From contig CP060771.1 in NCBI GenBank assembly GCA_023205875.1, forward strand, positions 372,001 through 436,000: DNA of 64,000 bases. The letters run 5' to 3'. Each line of letters starts with the position of its first letter. The first letter of the stretch is position 1. The DNA is from Chloropicon primus (taxonomy: Eukaryota). The position numbers and the translations under genes are program-made. The notes beneath the pieces were generated by a model. It saw nothing but the letters and a program-made list of their open reading frames with translations. It did not search any database and was not told the origin of the DNA. Below are positions 56,236-64,000 of the stretch, in pieces.

Positions 56236-57099
56236 TCAAGTCTTTTTCTTCGGGTTGTTCTTCAGCAAATAAGCCGCAAGGAACTCCACTGGATCGTCTG
56301 GCCTCGTCTTCACCAGGTGCGTCAGCCCGTTCACCAGCAAAGTCACCACCGTGGTCTCCAAGTATTGACGGATGGGCAGGGACTGCAGCTGCAGTTGGTC
56401 GGAGATCTGCAAAGCAGCTGCCTCCGCCGAAGCTCCCTGGAGATGAAGGAAAACAGACAAAGTATACGACGAATCAAAGCAACAAAAATTTTCAGCAACC
56501 GAACAACCTTCACGCATACATCCCTTCTCGTTTCTCCGCAACACAGGCAAGGCTTGCTTGATCCCAACTCTCTCTCTCTCTCTCTTTCTGTGTTCCTCAT
56601 CAGGAGCGGAAGGAAACCTCTCCTAATTCCTCGTCCAGGGCGAATGAACACACGCGTCAAGGTAAACCACGTCCGACACGACCGCGTCACTTTGGTTCCT
56701 GGTCTCCCTGCCGCATCCCCCAGGCGTTCCAAGGAATCGCAGAAGAACAAGCAAGCCAAGCAAGGGAAAGGAACCCAAGCAGTTCTTCTCTCCGCATCCT
56801 CGACGGAGGCAACGAAAGAGAAGGGAAGGGAAGGGGAGGGAAGAGCAAATCGGAGAGACACAACACACTTCTCTTGCTCGTCTTACCTCGTAGTTGGGGT
56901 CCTCGGTCGTGTTCGCCGCTTGGTTGTTCGTATTCGTATTCGTATTCATTGGCGGCGTTGTCGTCTGGTTCATGGTTTGTTCCACCTTTCCCCCAACCTC
57001 TTGCGACGGTCCACTACCGTTACCCTCCTCCGTCATGGCCACGTCCTTCACCTTGTCCTCGCCTTCCGTCCCTCCCCTCGTCACCGTCTCACCCTCCAT
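56236..57099 (-). CDS. DPY30: DPY-30 (COMPASS/SET1 subunit); intron 56437-56886
   Basis: [43 protein letters not shown]; phase-0 GT-AG splice from the MEGETV exon. Confidence 0.88.
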
Positions 57100-57174
57100 C
57101 GTCAACGCCAGTCAACTCCTCCGCTCCTCCGCTGAGCAATCCATTCAAAACCAAAGCCAACGCCGGCGAACGAC

Positions 57175-57645
57175 GCCAAAGGCGAGGAAAGAGGTGAGTG
57201 CGGAGGCCAAGGGACGGCGGGAAACAAAGACGCGATCGATTACGATCGATTACTCATCGCGTGCTCTTTCGAATGAACCGAACCTTGCTCGGTTTGGACG
57301 AGGGATTGAACGAGGAAAGGAATGATGGGACTGACCTTTGTTTTGTGGATCTTCGCTGCCAAAGGCGAGGAAAGAGGTGAGTGCGGAGGCCAAGGGACGG
57401 CGGGAAACAAAGACGCGATCGATTACGATCGATTACTCATCGCGTGCTCTTTCGAATGAACCGAACCTTGCTCGGTTTGGACGAGGGATTGAACGAGGAA
57501 AGGAATGATGGGACTGACCTTTGTTTTGTGGATCTTCGCTGCCAAAGGCGAGGAAAGAGGTGAGTGCGGAGGCCAAGGGACGGCGGGAAACAAAGGCGCG
57601 ATCGATTACGATCGATTACTCATCGCGTGCTCTTTCGAATGAACC
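57175..57645. repeat. Tandem repeat, about 2.6 units of 183 bp, in the DPY30/CIA1 divergent promoter
   Basis: GCCAAAGGCGAGGAAAGAGG at 57175, 57358, 57541. Confidence 0.97.
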
Positions 57646-57873
57646 GCAGGTCGGAGGGTTCACTGGCTCATGAGTCCAGGAATGAGGTTGCTGACCTTTG
57701 CGTTTTGGTTTGTCCTCTCCTCCGCCGGCGACACCTCAAAGGCATGGCTAGGGATTGATATACTTGAGGTTGGTTGATAAGGGAGGGTCTCGTTCTGGAT
57801 CATCTGGCTGGCTGCGCTCGTCCCGCACCAGTCGCAGCTTTCGTGCGCGTGTTTGTTTTGGTGTGAAGATAAG

Positions 57874-58941
57874 ATGTGTCGAGGAAAAGGAGTCTCGTTG
57901 GAAGGACACAAGGACCGCGTTTGGCACGTGTGTTGGAATAACCAAGGGGAGACGCTAGCAAGCTGCGGAGGTGACAAAACGGTGAGGTTGTGGCACCGAA
58001 CGAAGGAGGACTCGAGGGAGGAGGACTCTGCTTCCACTCTTGGCTTCTCCCCGATGGAGACCTTGGAAAAGACGCACACGAAGACCATCAGGAGGTGCGA
58101 GTTCTCCAAGTGCGACACCATGATCGCAACGGTGAGCTTTGACGCGACCACGTGCATCTGGGACAAGGGCGGCCAGGCCAGCGCCACCGATGCGGAGTGG
58201 GACCTCGTGGTGACGCTCGAAGGCCACGAGAGCGAGATAAAGGACGTTGCCTGGTCCCCGGACGGGGAGCTCCTGGCCACCTGCGGGAGGGACAAGAGCA
58301 TCTGGATCTGGCTCAAGGAGATCGACGACCAATTTGAGTGCCTGGACGTCTTGCAGGGGCACACGCAGGACGTCAAGTCCTTGCGCTGGGTGCCGAAGAC
58401 GCGGGCCCTCGTGTCCGCCTCGTACGACAACACGATCAAGATCTGGAACGAGTGCAACGACGAGTGGCTCTGCACGCAGACCCTGGACACGGCCTACCAG
58501 GGCCACGAGAGCACGGTGTGGAACCTGGCTTGCAACCAGGAGGGGTCCAAGCTCCTTTCCTGCGACGACACCGGAATGATCCTGCTTTGGAGCATCGAGA
58601 CCTGCGACTCGTCGGTCGAGTTGAAGCTGGTGTCGAGGAACAAGGTGCCCAGCGACTTCAGCATCTACTCCATTGATTGGGCTTCCAGCGGGCTCATCGC
58701 GATAGGCTCCGCGGACAACTCGATCTCGCTTCTGCAGCTGGAGAGGAGCGAGGGCGGCGCCGCCGGAGAGGAGGCCGACAAGAGGGGGAACGAGATCCTG
58801 AAGCTCGTCAAGGAAGTCAAGCAGGCCCACGCCGGAGACGTGAACTGCGTCAGGTTTAACCCCAAGGACCCCAACCTGCTCGCCAGCGCGGGGGACGACG
58901 AGCTTGTCAAGCTCTGGCGCATCAACGACATTCTTTCTTGA
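57874..58941 (+). CDS. CIA1: Cytosolic Fe-S assembly WD40 protein CIA1/CIAO1
   Basis: LEGHKDRVW, LASCGGDKTVRLW, HTKTIR, SFDAT, LEGHESEIKDVAW, LATCGRDKSIWIW, HTQDVK, AHAGDVNCV. Confidence 0.95.
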   Translation: MCRGKGVSLEGHKDRVWHVCWNNQGETLASCGGDKTVRLWHRTKEDSREEDSASTLGFSPMETLEKTHTKTIRRCEFSKCDTMIATVSFDATTCIWDKGGQASATDAEWDLVVTLEGHESEIKDVAWSPDGELLATCGRDKSIWIWLKEIDDQFECLDVLQGHTQDVKSLRWVPKTRALVSASYDNTIKIWNECNDEWLCTQTLDTAYQGHESTVWNLACNQEGSKLLSCDDTGMILLWSIETCDSSVELKLVSRNKVPSDFSIYSIDWASSGLIAIGSADNSISLLQLERSEGGAAGEEADKRGNEILKLVKEVKQAHAGDVNCVRFNPKDPNLLASAGDDELVKLWRINDILS

Positions 58942-58960
58942 GCGATCGAAGGGAGGGAGG

Positions 58961-59000
<40 letters not shown>

Positions 59001-59467
59001 TTGGAAAGTCATTTTTGTGTTTCCGGCTCAAGACACACGAGTTTGAGAATTGTTCCGGTGATGGACGAAGAGTTTTGAGCATTCTTTGTTATGCATATTC
59101 ATTGTTATACATATATCTCCGTCCTCTTCGCCTCCCGGGAGGCCCTCGCTCCCTCCACCACGGGGCCCCTTCCTCCCGGCGCCATCCCCCATGACGGGGC
59201 TCGGAGGTTATAATTCTTGGAAGAGCAATTTCATTTCTGGGGCAGGGGAAGGGAGGCCAGGAGGGGAGACGGGGTCAATGCCTTCCGAAGGGGCATCGCC
59301 GCAAGAGAAACAGCATCCCGAATAGCGCCCGTGACGGCAGGATTTGCATTTGCGACAGCGCGCGTGCCGGCATTGACGTTCCTCCCCTCTCTCGGCCGTT
59401 ACCCGAAACGTCTTTTGGCTTTTCTTGGATTGATTGTCGTTGTCGCCTCTGGAGGATAAGGATAAGG

Positions 59468-61494
59468 ATGAGGGTGAGGATGAGGACCCTCCTCCAGTGG
59501 TGGTCAATGCCTCGTGCTCTCGACAGGCTCATCTCGGTCCTCCTCCTCCTCGCCGTCGCGCTCGTGCTTCCCGATGTTCGGTGCCAGCAAGCGGACGGCG
59601 TCGGAGGAGGGAACCCTCTGTCCGGCATCGTCGTGCAGATGGGGAGAGCCATGGTGGAGAGGCAGATCCATCGGAACCTCTTTTATGGGCACCACAACAG
59701 GAACACCTCGTTCACCCCGTACTACGACGCGGGGGACCTCGTGGAGGCGGGGTGGGAGCCGCTCATCGTTCCGGTGCCTGGGGCCGATGACGACGACGAC
59801 GGTGGTGATGTCCTGGTCGTCAGAAGGAAGGACGGGATGGAGAGGGCCAAGAGCCTCGATCACGGGAGTGGGTGCCACGTCATGTTCTTCCACGGGAACA
59901 ACTTGAACTTGCTTTCCATCTTGGAGGACCTCGACGCGTTCGAGGAGAGGCTCCAGTGCTTGGTGTACGCCATGGAGTACACCGGGTACCGCACGGACAA
60001 GCCGGAGGCCTCGCCGTCCGAGGCGGCCATCACAGCGGAAGCCCTGGCGGCCACGGAGTGGCTCTTGGACCAAGTCGGGCCGGACGACAAGGTGTTCCTC
60101 TTCGGGCACTCCCTCGGGGCCGGAGTCGCGGTTGACGTCGCGGATCAGTTGGCTCGCCGCGAGGGGGAGGGGAAGTGGAGGACGTGGGAGACCCCGCGGA
60201 GTCCCCACGACGCGATTTCCGGGATCATACTCGAGGCTCCCTTCCTCACGGCAGTCAAGACGGTGGTGGACTACGACGATGAGGCGTCCTTCCAATCCAG
60301 CTTGGACAGGTTGGGCGCGGCGATGCCCATGTTCAAGACGACCATCGATGGGCTCACCTCGAGCTTCATCGAGCCGATGGACAAGTTTCGCAACGAGGAC
60401 AAGATTGAGTTGGTTGGAAGCAGGTGGCCCGTATTCGTGGGTCACGCCATCAATGACAAGGTGAACCCCTACGAGCACGGGAAGAAGCTTTTCGACCTCA
60501 TCGAGGGCGACAGGAAGACAGCCGTTTTCCTGGAGAGCGATGCGCATACTCTGCACGACGAAGATGGTCCAGAATCCGCGCTGTTCTTCTCGGCCCTGCA
60601 ATCCTTCGTGAGCAAGGCCATGCTGGAGGGGACCCACGCGGGGAGGCAGAGGTCCAGGGGGAGCGAGCCGAGAGTCAATGCCAACTCTGGCCCGTCCGGC
60701 CCGGTCGATCAGGCCCAGCCGAAAAGCAAGGAGTGGGCGAGAAGCGAGCTTTGGGACAGTTTCTTGCGCGCGTCAGGGAGCGGGGAAGCGAGGGCCTCGA
60801 GCCTGTCCACCACAATCGTCCCACCAAATCTGAAAGTGAGGTCGGTGGGCGAAGCTGGGCTGCTGGGCAGGACGACCGGAGCGCCTGCGTCGGGGAGGCC
60901 AAAGAACCGCTTTGGTCGCATCTCCGCTTCCAGGGACCCTGTCTTGCAATTCGATGCAGATGCCGGCACTCAGACAGTGAACATCGTTGTCGAGATCACC
61001 GCCGACGGGCAATCAGAGGGGGACCCCGTGGCCGTGATCCAAACGTCCCGCTTGAACAAATTGTCCCCGCAAGTCTCCTCAGTCGTGGGCAGAAGGGTCG
61101 GTCCCCAAGTCTCCCACGACCACCTCGTCAGCGATGTGGTCAATAGGTACAACAAGGTGAGCCCAGCCGCAGAGTTCGAGTTACATGAATCATTTTAACC
61201 ACAGTGCTGACCACACAAACACCTTGTTGTCTTTCCTTCCGCGAGCAGTGCACGTTCACGACCAGCATCGGGTCCCGCAGCAGCGGCCTTAAGGTTGTTG
61301 ACAAGCTTACACTCCACAGAGTCTGGGGGTCTCAGCCTCCCCGATCCAAGGGGAGCATCGTGCTTCCAGCAAAGACCTGCAAGGTGTCCCCCGACAAGAG
61401 TCAGCAGTACCTCGAGTGCAGGGAGTACAAGTACCAGTTCCTGAACGAGGAAACTTGTGAGGTGTCTCAAGCTCTCGTTGCGGCGGACGTTTAA
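59468..61494 (+). CDS. Alpha/beta hydrolase (ABHD13/17-like) with signal/TM segment and C-terminal extension; intron 61157-61248
   Basis: MFFHGN, EYTGY, nucleophile GHSLG, ILEAPF, HAINDKV, His in SDAH; GCTGAC branch point before the CAG at 61248. Confidence 0.85.
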
Positions 61495-61547
61495 TACTAC
61501 TGTACGATTCTGCGTGATCATCGATTGATCATCTCATCATCCTCATC

Positions 61548-61907
61548 CTAAATCCATTCGTCATTGGGTGCGGTCAAGTCGCTGTCCGCGCCACCGGTGT
61601 TCACCACACCCCTGGGCTCGACAAGCAAAACCTTGCACTCGGCTTCAGCCCACGGCTTGTGCCTCACTCCCTTGGGTACCACGTACATCTCCCCCTCCTT
61701 GAGCTCTACTGAGCCGTCCTCCAAGTCTATCCTCATGCTGCCCTCGATCACCAGGAACACCTCGTCCGTGTCCGGATGGTCGTGCCACACGAACTCGCCC
61801 TGGATCTTCACCACCTTGAACTGATAGCCATTCATCTCCGCGATAACCTTAGGCGTCCAATGTTCCTTGAACTTGGAAAGCTTCTCCCTCAAGTTGACCT
61901 TCGACAT
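61548..61907 (-). CDS. Small cupin-domain protein of bacterial type
   Basis: EHWTPKVIAEMN..FKVVKIQGEFVWHDHPDTDEVFLV...GEMYVVPKGVRHKP...LLVEP..VNTG; intronless, 119 aa. Confidence 0.93.
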   Translation of the reverse strand: MSKVNLREKLSKFKEHWTPKVIAEMNGYQFKVVKIQGEFVWHDHPDTDEVFLVIEGSMRIDLEDGSVELKEGEMYVVPKGVRHKPWAEAECKVLLVEPRGVVNTGGADSDLTAPNDEWI

Positions 61908-61943
61908 CTTCCTTCACTTGCCTTTCAATCCAAGTTATCACTT

Positions 61944-62289
61944 AGTTGTCCTTCCTGCAACCGTTACCGACCCCTTAGGACGCCAATAGAGTCGACCAAG
62001 GTACCAATGGAATGCCCGTGAGACGCACTAGTGTCTTGTGAAGTCGCCTATCCTTCTGTTGCCCTCCCTCGTCGTCAATGTCCGCCTTCGTCTTGGTTTG
62101 TCCTCCCTTGTCCTCCACCGAAGTTGTCCTTCCTGCAACCGTTACCGACCCCTTAGGACGCCAATAGAGTCGACCAAGGTACCAATGGAATGCCCGTGAG
62201 ACGCACTAGTGTCTTGTGAAGTCACCTATCCTTCTGTTGCCCTCCCTCGTCGTCAATGTCCGCCTTCGTCTTGGTTTGTCCTCCCTTGT
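61944..62289. repeat. Tandem pair, 178-bp period, in the cupin/VHA-H divergent promoter
   Basis: AGTTGTCCTTCCTGCAACCG at 61944 and 62122. Confidence 0.95.
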
Positions 62290-62723
62290 TCTGGAGTTCT
62301 TGAGGGAAGTTGTCCTTGGGATGAGAAGCCGAGCAAAACCCTGAGGGCGGAGGCGAGGCGAGGCGAGAGGACGACGCGGAGGTATTGGAAGGGGAAGGAC
62401 GGGTCGGGACGGAGGTAACGAAGGAGTAGGAGGAGACAAGAGTGTGGAGCTTGTTTTTCTCTTTCGAACGAGCCCTTGGTGGAAGGAAACGGCGTAGGGA
62501 CGAGCAAGGGAGCGACGGGGACAAGAGAGGAGAGGAGAGGAGTGGAGGAGGTGTGAACCTTGGCATGCCCAGCAGCGTTCCTTCATCACCAAAGCGGCTC
62601 TACCAAGAGCTGACGGTTTTGTCGAGCGACGGCGAGGAGACGTCGCAGGGAGGAGAGACTTCCGCGAGCTTGAGGAGGCCACGAGAGAGGGAACTCTTTG
62701 GTGAACAACAACCACGGAGAGGG

Positions 62724-64000
62724 ATGGGGTACCCGACGGATGCGAACTTCCAGGACTTTAGCTCCCTTCAGGGTGAAGCAGACTCACTCCGTGACGCAGC
62801 TCAGGTAAGAAAAAACCAACGGACGAACGAACAAACAAACCAAAACTTCTTCATTCAATCCTTTCCTTTCCTTTCCTTTCATTTCGAGATGGTTTAGAAA
62901 GGAAGCTGCTGCTTGCTCATGGCTGCTTGCTCATGACTTGTGTGACTGACTTTTGGTTTGTGGTCCTCCTCCTCATCATCATCGTGATGTAGGAGGTGAC
63001 TGAACAGGTTCTGAAGAGGCAAGTGCCTTGGGACACGTACCAGAAGGCGGACTTGATCAATGACAGGGAGCTGCAGCTGATCAAGAGGTACGACAAGCAG
63101 GAGAGGGCGCTGCAGAAGAGCCTCCTCCTGGACGAGGATGGAATGCTTTACGTCCAAGCGTTCTTCTCTCTGCTGCGGTCGATCGCCAGTGAGGAAGTGG
63201 TGCAGTACGTGCTGGCCCTGCTCGAGGATATGATCAAGGAGGGGGGGAGTCCCGTGGTGAGCCTCCTGAAGCAGGCCACGACTGGCCAGGGCTCGGGGGA
63301 TACTTGCGCCATTCTGCTGCGCATGTTGCAGAGGCCAGACTGGTTCACCAAGGAGAAGGCGGCCTTTGTGCTCTCCTCTCTCCTGTCTTTCTCCGGCGTT
63401 GGCCCGGGCTCGTCGTCGTCCTTGGGAGACGATCCCTCCACGTCGCAAAGCTTGCACACGTTCGTGGAGTGGCTGTGCAACGAGTTGAGGACCCCGAGCA
63501 ATGACAGGAGCGAGCAGACCACGATCACGTGCTTGTCGTTGCTCCTCAAGTCGATGGAGATCCGTGAAATTTTTCTCAAGTCCAACGGGGTGGGCTGCCT
63601 CTGCGCCCACCTGGCGCCCTCCCACAGGACCCAAACGCTCTACGAGTGCTGCTTGTGCTTCTGGCTGCTGTCCTTCTACTCGGGAGCCGTGAACGAGATG
63701 GTGCACCTCAACGTGCCCAAGAAGCTCATCGAGGTGGTCCGGCAAGCGAACAAAGAGAAGGTCCTCCGGGTGGCTCTCATGTGCATCGAGAATGTGCTCA
63801 AGTGCCTCAAGGAGGCCGGCAAGGGAACGGCCGAAGACTCGGACTCCAAGTACTCCAAGTTGCTTTCGAAGCTCTTGGAGAACGGTCTGAACAAGGCTAT
63901 TGCCACGCAAAGGATGAACTCTTACAACGACGAGGAGCTCCTGTCGTCGATGGAGTGGCTGGAGGAGAAGCTTGAGCAGGGGGTGAAGAGGGAGATCTCA
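62724..64000 (+). CDS. VHA-H: V-type ATPase subunit H (partial, runs off the right edge); intron 62805-62992
   Basis: Manual translation of exon 2: EQVLKRQVPWDTYQ...LQLIKRYDK, EEVVQYVLAL, QTLYECCLCFWLLSFY, KEKVLRV, DEELL. Start uncertain. Confidence 0.9.

Noticed and set aside
57198..57758. Three repeated 60-aa ORFs
   Set aside because: By-products of the 183-bp tandem repeat, with GTG starts and no coding signal.

Overview
Compact, GC-rich eukaryotic nuclear DNA with short GT-AG introns and microsatellite-rich intergenic spacers. It comes from a green alga; gene style and the WARSQDPPCPW ankyrin family suggest a Chloropicon-like prasinophyte (inference). It carries about 28 protein genes: chlG, a SET/LSMT-like protein, histone H3, PAM18, a GT29 sialyltransferase-like protein, an M28 peptidase, a ZIP transporter, CEP95- and CEP44-like proteins, EAF6, HslU, PRT6/UBR, SET2, AspRS, ArsM, two identical actins, a WAC-DDT ISWI partner, DPY30, CIA1, an alpha/beta hydrolase, a bacterial-type cupin, VHA-H, a 3D-domain-like protein and a few unknowns. 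There is also one intron-containing, initiator-type tRNA-Met with an atypical G1:C72 pair. The most striking non-coding signal is a degenerate motif (approx. GTCTCGNNNTCTTTCGAANGAGCCCTC). It lies in many promoters, points away from the centre of divergent promoters and recurs every 166-187 bp. Tandem duplications in the spacers have similar 139-183 bp units. Together these suggest a DNA-encoded nucleosome-phasing promoter architecture. All exon models and family calls were made by eye, without database searches.
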